A stretch of DNA of 64,000 bases, taken from NCBI GenBank assembly GCA_016748015.1, contig JAAOMT010000608.1, positions 186,001 through 250,000 on the forward strand, given 5' to 3'. The notes under the pieces were generated by a model, which saw only the letters and a list, made by a program, of their open reading frames with translations, searched no databases and had not been told where the DNA came from. The number at the start of each line of letters is the position of its first letter. The stretch's first letter is position 1. Positions 1 to 12,457 of the stretch are shown here, piece by piece. Source of the DNA: Geosiphon pyriformis uo1 (Eukaryota; Fungi; Glomeromycota). A program made the translations under genes and the position numbers.

Positions 1-2900
1 TAATTAGTGTAATTAAGCTTGATAAAATTAATAATAAATATAACTATTAAAGATATTTAAAATTATTTAAATCAAGAAATTTATTTATTTATCTCTTTTT
101 AAAATTATTTACTTTTAAAACTAAGAATTTTTTGTAAGCATAGCATCTAAACCAACATTTTCAACCTCTTTAGAATCTTTTATACTATAAAATATTTTGA
201 TCTAATAATATGTTTTCAACTGGTAAAGTAAAACAATTTTAAAGCTATGTCTATGTAAATAAAGATTCATTAATTGAAAATTAATTAAAAATATATTTAA
301 AAATGTACAGAATAAGCATTTTATAGGTTATCATTAATTACATTTAGATTATTTGGAACTAAAACTATGTAATAATTAAAAATTATATTTTTAAAATATT
401 ATCTTTTATTGAAATAAAGTATGAGTGTTTTATTTACAATAGCTTTATTAAAAGTATTTAATATATAATATTAATAAAAAATGTAAATGTAATACATTTT
501 TATTCAAAACAATAAAAATTTTTTGAAAATTTGTTTTTCAATGTTAAAATTTAATAATTAATATAAAAAAAAACTTAATTACATTATGTATTATTATTTT
601 AAATTGTTTATAGTATTTTAAAAAAATATCTTTTATGATTATAATTTAATTGTTATTTATTATTTCTGTTAATTTCATTTTGAAAAGTATTTAAATATTT
701 TTCAATAGCAATTGAGATCAAACTTAATTAATACTTAAATATAAATAAAATTTAAATTAAATTTTAAAACTTATTATAAATAGTATTTTGTATATAAAAC
801 TGTTAAAATTAACTCTGTATTAATAAATAATAAGAAAATAGATTACACCTTTTATTTTTTATATAAAAACAAATAATTGTAAATGTCACAATATTTAAAA
901 AATAAAATAAAATAAAATAAAATTTTTAACTATTTGTGTTAATAAATATTATATTTTTTATAATATTTATTTTAATACAATTTATTGTTACAATAACTAA
1001 TTTCAAATATTGACATAACTCTTTTTTTGGTTAATAATTTTTACATTTTTTTTATTGCTTTGAAAGTGTATAGTAATGTGCTTTCTACAAGTGACTAGTA
1101 ATCCATTTACATTTTTTATTATATTTCAAATTAATTTGTATTTTTCAAAATTATTTATTTAATTAAAACTTTTCAACATTTAAAAAACCACTAAACTATT
1201 ACGAAATCAATTTTCTCAATTAAATTTGCTATTGATTATTTTTTTATTTTTTCTATTTTTTTTATTGGAGTGTAATTTATAGCATTGTTCATTTAACAAT
1301 TATAAATATGGCATAATTATTAAACAAATAAAACAAAAAAAACCTATTTAAAAAATTAAACTTTAACTTTAAATGATTAATTTAAAAATAATAAAACATG
1401 AAAATTTGGTATCATTTGCATAAAAAACGAAATTAAGGTAAAATGGATATGTTTATAACTTGTTAAAAAAATTGAAATAGTTTTGTTTCGTATTTTTAAA
1501 TAGTTGTTTGAAAATAAAGTAATATAAAATTGTTTTTGTAATAAGTTGTAAGTTTAAAATAATTATATACCGAGTAACAGTTTTTAATTGCTGTTTTAAT
1601 TTACAACTCAATTTAAATGTTTATTTTTATGTTTCTAATATTTGAACATGCATTAATATTAAATTGTGAAATATAAAGTTTTGAACACATTAGATTATTA
1701 TTATTATTATTTTAATTATAAACTTGCTTTAATTTTAAATTTATGGTTGCTATCTTTCTATTATGTCCATTTTTTTTATAAAATACAATCACTAATTTTT
1801 GTATTTATTTTGCTTGTTTTATATTAAAAAATTTCTAATTGTTAAAAATAAAAAAAATAAAAATTTTGTCCTTGAAAATTTTTTATATTTATTCTATATT
1901 TGTTTTTTATGATATTTTTCAAAATAGGATTTAGTTTTAAAACTGTATTTGGAAATATTATTTAATTTAAAATAAGTATTTAGATTGAGATATTAAGTAG
2001 CATAAGCAATGTAATTAATAGTATTTGAGTCAATAAAAAAGATTTATAAATAAATTTTGATCTTATTTAACTTTTTTCACAGCTGTTTGAATAAATATTT
2101 AAAATGTATATTTATTATTAATTATTATATTAGTTTGCATTAAAAATTATATAATAAGCAATAATAAGATTTGAATTTTTATGAATTGAAAAGTTAACAA
2201 AGTTTTCATAATCTTTAGATTGTTTGTTTTTAGCTTAACAGGAGTTATTATGTATGTAATTTACACAAAAAATAATGATAGCAAGATTAACAATAAAATC
2301 TTTTGTTATCTATCATTTGCCAAATACAATTTATGTTAATCGACATTTATAATCTATTTTATATATTGTATACTATTTTTGCTTCTTTTCTTTTGGAAAT
2401 AGACAAACCAGTTTGAGATTCAAACCACAAAAAAAAAAAATAATTTTTTGCAATATTTTTTTAAATGTCGAACCAAATGATTGTCATAAAAGTCATGAAG
2501 TTTCATCAAAAGCTGGCATTCCACTTTGTTTTTACAAATGGGTGTAAAAATATTATCTGTAAAATATTATCAAATTAATAAACCAATAAATAGAAATTAT
2601 TTTTTTATAACAGTTAAAATAAAAACTCACAGAATTTAAATAAGAGTTCAAACTGTTTGTAATAAGCTTTTCAAGCTTTATTATGTTGTTAATTTGCCAA
2701 AACGCATTTTTTTCTTATTTAACAATTTAAAAAAAAATTGATTTCAATGAGCAAAAAATCACTTCAATTATGACTAGTGTAAATTATGTTTTTTAATAAG
2801 ATAATTTTGTAATCATTTAAAAATACTTGTTTGCCATTGTTGCATTTCAAAAAAAAAAACTGGTTTATTAATGGTAAAAGCATTCATTTAAGCTTCACAT
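1..2900. other. Extremely AT-rich, CpG-poor non-coding block (probable decayed repeat DNA)
   Basis: No ORF >=60 aa and CG dinucleotides are very rare. Same texture as 19200-22230 and 33000-34900. Origin not assignable. Confidence 0.5.
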
Positions 2901-3359
2901 GTAAAAAACAACAACTTGTGCACATAACATAATTTGAATGTGTCAAATATGAATTAGTATTTGTATTATAAAATTTTTAATAATTACTTAAATAAAAAGA
3001 AAATAAGCTATTTATGGTGGTTCATTTCTGAATTTTTTAGCAAGACAATAATTTGAAATGAACCTCAAAAAATGTTCAAAAAGGAAAAATTTCCTTATCA
3101 AAAATATATTTTTCCAAATTTATTGAACGTAGAAATTGTGACAAGACAGTAAAAAATTTCTAGTTTCAAAGGTAAATAAATAAATTTTTTAATTGAACTT
3201 ATATAAATTTCAAAATAGCTTTATTTCAATTATTTTGTCCAATCCAATTAGCCCAACTTATGGTCATTGGACTAATTTTCAAAAATATCAGTTGATTTGA
3301 TTGGAATAAGTGCAATAGACTTATTTCAATAGATTAATTCACGTCCTTTTTAGGTCATG

Positions 3360-3720
3360 CTCTAGATTCTTGACGAGAATTTTTGCAGGCAAATCCTTAT
3401 TAAGATTTCCTAGCAACTTTTACTAAATCTTTTATATCTTGAAACTTTTCAAATTTGACTGTAGCCCGTTTTATTTGATACTGGTAGTTTTCTCCCTTTA
3501 AAAAATGTTTGGATTTTAGGGAAAATTGACGCCTGATTAATTCGTCGCGATGGAGGTTCAAGAAAAAGCTAAAAGAATTAATATAAATCTTGAAACTGTC
3601 GGCTAAGACTTATGAAAAGAATAAAATGGAAGAGTTTTTTGAATCTGCAAATTAATCCAGTTACAATATAAATACCTCAGAATTTTTAAAAATTATCTTA
3701 GATCAAAAAATTTATTTATT
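3360..3720 (-). pseudogene. Relic of a class 3 lipase first exon (paralogous to exon 1 of the lipase at 39735-41228)
   Basis: Colinear nucleotide similarity to 40890-41270. Examples: tagcaactttt(a/c)actaaatct...atcttgaaacttttcaaat; aattgacgc(c/t)tgatt(a/g)attcgt; tcaagaaaaag. It carries indels, has no intact ORF and no downstream exons. Boundaries approximate. Confidence 0.8.
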
Positions 3721-4555
3721 AATTGAATAGGCTAAAAAAAAGATTTATTGAGCTCATTAATAGGTTGACTTGGTAATTAATTTATATCATTAAGTAGATT
3801 GTTTAAATTGCTAGCTGGCTGTTATAATAAAAATAAACTCCAATTTTCATAATGCTACATGATATAATATGCAAATCAACAGAAATCAATTTAATTCTAA
3901 AATTTCTCAATAGCCTATTTTCTTTTTGTAATAAAATGGAATATTTGCAAAATATAATTTTTGGTCTTCTTTTAAATCTCCCCAAAGAGTATGCGTAAAA
4001 GCGTCAATCACCCATTCTGGCACCAATTTTCTTTCTGGGAATAATAGACTTGGGACATAAAAAATGAATCAATATTATAAATAATTAAATAATTTTCTTA
4101 TAAGATAAATTAGTCAAATCTCATCTCTTTATGGATTTATTAAATTTGAAAATCTCTAAGAGGAATACACTTCGCTTCTGAGCAATTTACTTTACACGAA
4201 TAATAACTATATTTTTAAAAATATGGTAGAAATAAAATCATGCTCTACTTTTTCTGAATTCTCAGTTAAATTTCAACTTTGAAGCCGGAAAATTATATAT
4301 TACACATGAAAGGAGAAATTTTTGGACGCTTTAGAATTATTAATTAAATTAGAAAAAAACTTTTTCCACGTTTTTAGAAATTAAGGATTGTAAGTTTTTA
4401 AAACCTTTTCGACGGATTCTTTCACCCGACTATATCATTCTCTTACAACTAATAAAGGTAGTTTATAAATGAATACATGGTTATTAAGGACTGAATTCAC
4501 TTTGTTGTTGAATTCTTTTCCGCCGTGCCGCTTTTGATTTTATCAAGGGTTGAAA

Positions 4556-4759
4556 TCATATTAACCCAATAATTGCTTTTGAGTCGTAGTCACTTTTTAA
4601 TTTAGCTACTTCGTGTTTTGTTTTTAGGGAGGTATCAATTAATTTTAATTTATGAGTTTTCGAAATTTTTTCGTGCGATACTGGTGCTCCAAAGACAAGA
4701 GTCATTAGGAAAATCAGGAAGAAGACGAAGAGTAACGTTAAGGATTGTGATTTGGCCAT
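4556..4759 (-). CDS. Small secreted peptide 1 (67 aa, signal peptide, C-terminal IIGLI)
   Basis: Single-exon ORF MAKSQSLTLLFVFFLIFLMTLVFG|APVS...DSKAIIGLI. Hydrophobic h-region with an AP cleavage site. Aligns without gaps to the ORF at 7968-8177. Confidence 0.8.
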   Translation of the reverse strand: MAKSQSLTLLFVFFLIFLMTLVFGAPVSHEKISKTHKLKLIDTSLKTKHEVAKLKSDYDSKAIIGLI

Positions 4760-5999
4760 TATTTTTCAAATATTTTTAACCAAAATTTTCGCAAAGCTCC
4801 AGAGCCGCGACTTTAATTTAGATTGGGTTGTGGGAAGGAAGGGAAATGTAAAACGATTGTAGCTCGTAGCAAAATTGAATATCAATATACAACTATGTTA
4901 AACGAGGGAAATTTAAAAGACTTTGAAATGGCCAAAATTTAGCTTTTTTGGTGCGATTTTAAATGTTGAAATATCAACAAAAGGGAATTTTTTTTGTCAA
5001 AGAAAATGACGCAAAGGGATAGGCGAAGGGAGTGAGTGTGAATAAAAAAAAAATCAAGAAAGCCGTTTCTTTTGTAATATTTAATTGTAAAGATCAACCA
5101 ATTCATCAATATTGACCCGGGTGTAAACAACCAATCTGGAAATTTGCCGAAATGATCTTTCTACTTTAGACTTGTTCTCCCTATAAGGGAAAATCTTCAT
5201 CCGTTGGAAAACTCATTCAAAAGAAAAATTTTCTTTTTGCGTTTTCCAACGGTATAAACAAACAAATATAAGGAGCAAGGAAATGTCTCACATTAAAAAA
5301 ATTGATTAAAGCGTTTCAAAAATTGAAGTGATTCGCCGAAATTACCAAGCTGGGAACAATTGTAAGAATATGATGAATGAAGTGAAAGACCATAGTTTTT
5401 TATTTTGTCGGATATTTCCGGTGTTGGAGGTTTTTTTTGTGGCGTAAGCCATCTTTTATCCTTTAACAAGAAATGAAGCATCAATATTTTGTAGCAAGTG
5501 GGAAAGAACTCGAAACTTGCCCATAAGACGTTATTATAAATATGCAAGTAAATACAAAAAATTAAAAACTTTTATGACTTCATTAATGGTAGAGAGTAAA
5601 GCCTCACTTGAAAACAATCAATTTTTTAATCGTCAATAAATGATTAATTCAAAGATATCGAAAATTAACCATGCAATATTAAAAAAAAAACGCCTGTGAA
5701 GATCAAACAATTATCTTGTTACCCAAAATAAACTAGTAACGCAATGCGTTATAAAAAAAAATATTCTCCTGTTTTATTTTAAATTCATAAGGTATAATAA
5801 TCCGCAAGATTTCAGATAACTCTAAATCTCATAATAATTGATCATGAATTGTTTACAAATATTTTCAAATTTTGATATAATCAAACAGCTCTTTGACATG
5901 CGTACCAATAAAGACTTGAAACATGAGAAGTTTTGAGATTATCGATAATTTTAAAAATTCAATACTACCAAATGTACCTATATAAAGGATACAGTTAAA

Positions 6000-7200
6000 T
6001 TTTTCATTTTTTACGATATTTCAAGGGATATTATTAAATACCCTGATTCAGCAAGATTTTGGAGAATAATCTTATAAAACAATCTAGTTATTGGTTGCTA
6101 TACAGAAAATTGATCGGTTTATTCTTTGAAAACTTTAGTAAATATTCAAATGGAAAAATAGTTATGCAAACTTGTTACTCCAAAATAATTTTTTATTTAG
6201 AAGTTTTAACTAAGTAAATCTATTTATTTGAATTTTCAATTTTGCACAGTAAAGGATTTTATTAATTCAAAAATATCTGAAATTATGGCATTCAGACAAA
6301 AATTTTATATTAAATGTCAAATAAGAGAATGATTTAATAAAGATTATATGAAGTTGAACAAGTTTTTTTATGCAATTAAGAGAATTTAATACTTGGTCTG
6401 GAAAAATGAGTCTCGATAATAAATTATTGAAGATGGAAAAATATGAAAAGTGTAATATTATTGAATAAAGATATTGAAAAGTTTATTTCATAGTTTTAAA
6501 ATCACTAAAATGATTCAATTGGTAGCTTTGGAATTATGAAAAATGAGGTCAGAAGATTGTATAGTTACTAATTCGGATGTATTAGATTTTGAACGAATTA
6601 CATTAAACTCCTTTGGTAGATACCTACAATTGATTTGTAATAGAATTCCTTAATTGGCAGTTGAAGATTTTTATATTCCTGATAAGTTAATGAAGGAATT
6701 TTCTGAGCTTTTAGTCAACAAAATAAGCAACCTACAAGTTAAAAGAATGAATATAGCTAAAAATAAACTTGTTTATTTTCAATTTTCCATAATTGATTCT
6801 AAAACTTTCAAATAACCTATCACTTTTACTTGGTTCACAAAAGTTTTGGCATGTATTCAAATGTATAATGTATATAGCTTTTTATATAATAAGTAGGCTG
6901 CTGGTCATTAAATAAAATTCAATGAATTGATGATAAAATATTTTGTTGGCTCTTACAAATTGAACAATCATTTACTGATAATTCTTGTACTCCAGGGATA
7001 CAGCGAGGTAAATTAATATCTGAATTTTGTCATTAGTTTCTTTAATAAACTTCCCATAGATATGAAACCTTTTAGCCATAAAAGGTTTGAATATTGGAAA
7101 AATTTTATTGAACTGCAGCTATTGCATGTTTCTTACCTTTGATATTATCCACGAGGAAATCAAAACTGTGGCAACTCCCAAATTTTTATGCGAGAAGAGT
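6000..7200 (+). pseudogene. Degenerate coding relic, family not confidently assigned
   Basis: Short protein-like stretches (NSDVLDFERITLNSFGRYLQLICNRIP; VLQG; DMKP...FEYWKNFIELQ...DIIHEEIK) interrupted by stops and frameshifts. Loosely resembles C-terminal parts of expanded Glomeromycotina kinase-associated proteins. Confidence 0.3.
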
Positions 7201-7967
7201 GTGTTTTAAGAAAAGAATGACTACGTCATTTGCATGAAATCGTATCATCTATATTTTTAGTGATTAATTTTGCAATCGATTAATTTTTCTAGCTATTCAT
7301 TCATTCATTTATGCATGAAACCAATATTTAACAAATTAATTACTAATATCTAACAAATTGATCACTGATATCTAATGAATTAATCATTAATTTAAAAGAA
7401 ACGAAGGAAAAAACATTGATAATGAAAAAAGACTCGAGTGCTCTCTATGAACTGATTATTTAAAAACAATGAAAGTAAATACATTTCGTTTTCTTAATGG
7501 TTTACAAGAAGTTTGAAGAATTTTCTCCTGATTGGTTGGTTTAAAAACGCTTTCATAAGTTTTAATCTAACTTATTATGAAGAAGAATGAATAATTGTAA
7601 AGGCATTATACGAAGCATTTATATAAATGTTGTTTCAGAAAGAAATATATTACATGCATATTCTGTGAGAAAGAAAAACGCAAAATATGCAACATTATGC
7701 TAATGAGACATCAAAAATAATAAATTTTTCCATGTAGGCATTTAAATAATTCTAATTCTTGAAAATTCAACTTTATAAAAGGAAGCGAAAAAAACCACAC
7801 ATTTGGATAAACTTGTTATTTACTTTATATTATTCTTATATATACAGCACAAACTGTGCGAAATATTATCCAGAAAATTAAAAGTCTAAATTGATAAGTT
7901 TTCTTTAAAAGATTTTCGAATATCTCAATCTAGAAATTTTTAAATTTATTTCCTTTTGAAATTGAAA

Positions 7968-8177
7968 ATGGCAAAATTCTTCACTTTTCACGTATCATTG
8001 TCGTTTTTCATTTTAATCTTGACAAGCTTAACCATGTCGGCACCTATTACATTATCAAATATTGACATTCAAAAACGATTGACCCAAATCTCACCTGATT
8101 CCAAGTCCTCAGAAGAAATCGATATAGCCAAGGCTGAAAACTCTAAACAATACTATATTCAAGTTGGATTGATTTAA
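7968..8177 (+). CDS. Small secreted peptide 2 (69 aa, signal peptide, KR dibasic site, C-terminal VGLI)
   Basis: ATG at 7968 (the ORF track starts at an upstream TTG). MAKFFTFHVSLSFFILILTSLTMS|APIT...QKRL...YYIQVGLI. TATA-like tataaaag ~195 bp upstream. Paralogue of 4556-4759. Confidence 0.8.
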   Translation: MAKFFTFHVSLSFFILILTSLTMSAPITLSNIDIQKRLTQISPDSKSSEEIDIAKAENSKQYYIQVGLI

Positions 8178-8644
8178 TTTTTATTCAGTACACATATTTA
8201 AAAAGATCTAAAATATTTGGTCACTATTCCCCATATAAATATATTCCTCTTTTTCTATGAATATATTATTTAGAGATGGAATAAGCTGATAGAGAAGAGC
8301 AAAGGGTGAAGATAATTAAGACGGTTTTTATTACATGAAAGACCTTTAGTACTTGAATAAAAGTTTCATTAAATGTATTTATTTTTTGTTTACAGTCATA
8401 GATTTCTTATTACAGAAGATTAAACAGATTCATAAGTAAATTTTCTATTGATGTGTGTACAATAATAGAAAACAGAATAAAATTTCGTTTATTAAAAATT
8501 AACAAATAATTATTATATATATATAACCGTCCAATTTTAAAATTAAATAAATTGATATTTTGTCACGCGTTACAACATGATAAAAGAAGCGGATTAATTT
8601 GTGTAAGCATTCGATAACATAAACCACTTTGTACCAAAATATTT

Positions 8645-9100
8645 CTTTTAATGCTAAAATTTTCTCTATGCATATATAGAAATTAATGATTTTCATCTTC
8701 ACAAGTAAAATTTTTATTTTTGAATGAACCTTATTTTAATACTTTATCACTAATAGCTAATCTTACACCACGATTCAAAAAAAAAATAAAGTGTGAAAAT
8801 AAGTTTTTCTCTTAAAGTTACTTTTGCTCCATAAAATGCCGTGTTCTCTTCAAAAAACTACTTTAAAATTCTGTGTGATTTAGGTAAACAGGAGTATTTT
8901 TTTTTCGCATAAATATAATCTTTTTCATGAAAAATGAGATGCCTATTTCCTTGATTTGACTAAAATAACGCTTTTATTACAGTATTCTTTAAATGGCTAT
9001 ATTGTTCCAAAATCACAGTTCTGCTTTATATGCGAACCCAGTGATTGCTAAAACTTGCAAGATAGCCTGAAAAAAATTTGTTGCAACCATGAATTATTTG
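8645..9100. repeat. Dispersed repeat copy A (direct repeat of 26192-26765)
   Basis: Shared blocks tttgaatgaaccttatt, tagctaat(c/a)ttacaccacgat, cttttgctccataaa, gtgttctcttcaaaaa, cagttctgcttta, cagcctgaaaa. Copy B has a ~100 bp insertion. Confidence 0.85.
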
Positions 9101-9817
9101 CCTGAACAATTAAGTAAGATGAATTTTTGCTACAATTTTTTCATATTACCTGGTGTATAATCCTAACTGCTGAAAATTTAATAAGTACATAATCTTTAAA
9201 AACGGCATACACTTGATAAATTGGGTTTAAAATTTGAAAAATTGATATAAATCTCAATCTACCAACTTTCAATTACAAAGAAATATTTTTATTTAAATCA
9301 TTTTTTATAATTCGCAGATTGCTTTGTTTGAGATATCCAAACATGAGTGACCAATTTTCAGTCTTTTTGTTGGTAAACCTTACGTATTTTGAATAAAATT
9401 TAAAATTAAAATATCTCATGAGAGCACGGGAAATAAACCTTCTAAAAATTCAATATATCTGCCTTTAATCAAGACCTTTATGGGTTAATTTTTATAAGTT
9501 TGAAATTGATGGCATTTTCCTTAATCTTAAAAAAGACAGATAATTAAAGGATCAATCTTGAAAAGATTGGCATAAATGTAGCTGATGAAAATGTTTTTTA
9601 TTTAAACTTTCAAGAGGATTTTATGAAAAAATCTTGTATTATTTGTTGATTCATGGATATCTTGAGTAGGATTTCCCTGATATAAAAGAGTTATGATGTC
9701 GGGAAACATAAAATTTACATGTGCAATTATATTTAATCGAGTTAACCTTAGACTCACATTATATATATGTAATTGCGGATAAATGTTTTGCTTTGATTGA
9801 TAAGTTAATTCGTTAAC

Positions 9818-11077
9818 ATGAACCTTTTACTGATTTTAAAAGAATTGATGCAAAAGATTAAAAGTTTAAAATATTTCATATCTTCAAGTTCTTTATTTTT
9901 TTTCATATGGTTTCAGTTCTGTTCATGCCATACAAAACCAATTTACAACGAAAAATACAATATTTATCAAGCACCTGTAACAAGTAGAGAACCTGAACAC
10001 GCAAACACAGTTTCCAATTTTACTCGGCGTAGCATTTGGAAATATTTTATTGAGCCAGTTTCAGATGAACAAAAACAATATTTTGAGAATATGGCTTATT
10101 ATGCAAAACGCGCTTACTGTTTTTCACCCATTACAGGAATAACTTTAGGCCAATTCTCTGGTATTTTTAAAATTCTGATCTTATATTTAAAATTTGTTAT
10201 TAACGTGAAAATAAGTTTTTGGGGTTTGTTTAGCCTGGATTAATACTGCAGAACAACATAATCCTTCTGGTTCGCAATCAAGCCAAACCGTTGTTGTACG
10301 ATTTGCCGGTCCCCTCTTAACTTATTCATATATGTGTGAAATAGAAAAAAGGCAGCTAGTCGCATTCAAAAATATCCCAGAAGCTCTTATTAATTCGGAA
10401 TTTTATAATGAAAAAATAATACATGCCGTAGAAACTTTTGTTGCCAAGTTAAAACTTTTTAGGCATTATGGCAACGTATATATATTCACTGGGCATGGTT
10501 TTGGGGGTGGTAACAAATTAAGAGTTTTTCAAAAAATCCTGTTTTTAAGCGCATATTTAAAATTTTAATAATTTTTCTTTTTCTTCATCTTTATCTAGTT
10601 CTCGCATTACTCACAGCTATCGCTTTTCACGAAGCTACAAATCGAAATATTTTAATTGACGTAACCACATTTGGTGAACCGAGGATTGGGAATAGTGCTT
10701 TTGCTAGATACGTGGATCATAGAATTTCAGTTAATCGAATTACCCATTCAAATGATCATGTACCGTTATTTTTCCCTCAACTGCGACATCATTCAACAGA
10801 ATTTTGGATCCCCCCTGTTACCAAGTTTGATTGTCATTGTGTTAAAAATTTCAAAAATTTAGAAATTTATAAATGTCCCACGGCTTTTAGAATTGAACAT
10901 GAGGTATGTGAGAAAAGTGGGAAATTAATTATCGAGATATTATTCTTAATATTCTTTTTATCTTATTTCTAGGGTTGTAGCAAACAGTTTCAGCCACCAT
11001 ACCCAGAACTCCCCGCAGAGAATATGAGAGCTCATTTAGGGCTATATTTTGGTTACACGATGGGTCCTTGTACATGA
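9818..11077 (+). CDS. Class 3 lipase-like protein L1, catalytic Ser replaced (GHGFGG), 342 aa
   Basis: Exons 9818-10160, 10234-10509, 10599-10903, 10973-11077 (GT-AG, in frame). Motifs YAKRAYC, VRFAGP, FTGHGFGG, TFGEPRIGN, THSNDHVP, EFWI...DCHC, AHLGLYFG. N-terminal hydrophobic segment. Confidence 0.92.
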
Positions 11078-11469
11078 AGCTAGTGTTTCACAAAGTTTTT
11101 ATTTAATTTATTAAATTGTTATGATGCGTCATTAAAATTTGTGCAAAGAGAATATTAATAATCGTTCAATTTTTAAGATTTTCGTATTATTATTAAAATT
11201 TGGCATAAGGTAAAAGGGGTATTTTGGTGAATGGAAGTATTGTAGCGACGTTAACAATTGTGATGGATTGTGATAAAAGAGTATAAAAAATGCTAATTGT
11301 TCAAGTGAGAAAATGGCATACTTTCACGCTTCACATTCTCCCACGTGAATTTCTTTTTTGCTAATTTCGCCACAATACTCTATTATATTAATCTTTTTCA
11401 GGATAAGTATATGTGATAAATTTGCAGTTGAACATTGATTTCTTTTTTCATCACCATTTAACCTTTTCT

Positions 11470-11720
11470 GTTATCTAGTATCTCTGGAATGGAAAATATC
11501 CAAGCATCATTGACATCTTTCATAAGAAAAGTTTCTATCCAAGGTCAAATAACGTGCTTGACAGCAAATGCAAAAATTTCCTTCATGTAAACGTGTGATC
11601 CAATCAACGAACCCTCAATTTTAAAAAATCCTGGGAGAGTTACATAGAAATTACTGAATAAATGAATTCTGAAATAGCTGTCACTTTAGCAGCCCATCTT
11701 TGGCATAGTCAATTTCTTCC
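11470..11720 (-). pseudogene. Fragment of a zinc-binding (MDR, Adh6/CAD-like) alcohol dehydrogenase gene
   Basis: The minus strand reads AKVTAIS and IEGSLIGSHVYMKEIFAFAVKHVI*PWIETFLMKDVNDA, matching the C-terminal GSxIGS...I(K/R)PWIE.....VN.A pattern. In-frame TGA at 11545-11547. Confidence 0.65.
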
Positions 11721-12457
11721 TTAATATGGATGGGAAATTTATCTTTCTAGATATTATCGTAGGAGAAAAAATGCTAGAATAAGCACAAAAAAACTTTGCA
11801 AAAAATAAACATAAAAAGTTGTCATTGTGGATAATTGGTCAAACCCGTTTGTGCGTTTTGATCGAAAAGCTTCAGAGAAAAAGAAGCTCATTTAAAATAC
11901 TGCAATCCAATCTTCATTATAATGTTCGTCTTCTTAAAATCAACTGTTGAATCAAATGTATTCTCTATCTGTTTATTTGTTTATAGCTAACAAACTTCGT
12001 TAGTCTAGGAAAGTTAATGATTAGCCATTTTTGGATTTAAAGCTTATTAAAACTAGGATGCACATGTGGCGTAAGGTGGATCAAGATTTTGACCAATAGT
12101 GCCTTAGCGTTTTGCATCATACTTTTTCTGGTGGTTCGAAGTAGAAAGGAAGCTCAAAAAGCGTTCAAAAATGAATATTTGAATCCTGAAATAATCGCCT
12201 TGGAAAAAAGGTATAATTTATTTTTGGGATATCCCTATGTTAAACATATCTTGGCTAAAGAAAAAATTTCATTTTCCTTATTTGCTTTTTTTTTTCAAGC
12301 TCCTTATGAGACTTTATCACTGCTTACATAATTTCTAGGGAACAAAGATTTCCTTTTGATTTTTATACATGAGTTAAATCTTACAGTCTACGTATATATT
12401 TATATATAAGCTTAATGGTTATGAAGAGAGACATATAACTCTAGAATTTCTTTTAAA

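Noticed and set aside
2490-2560. Minus-strand PFVKTKWNASF resembling the hAT transposase TRWNS motif
   Set aside because: A single short motif followed by stops, with no other hAT features visible.
4556-4585. SKAIIGLI resembles amyloid-beta (KGAIIGLM) and tachykinin FxGLM tails
   Set aside because: A short hydrophobic match, likely chance. There is no amidation Gly, and the paralogue keeps only GLI.
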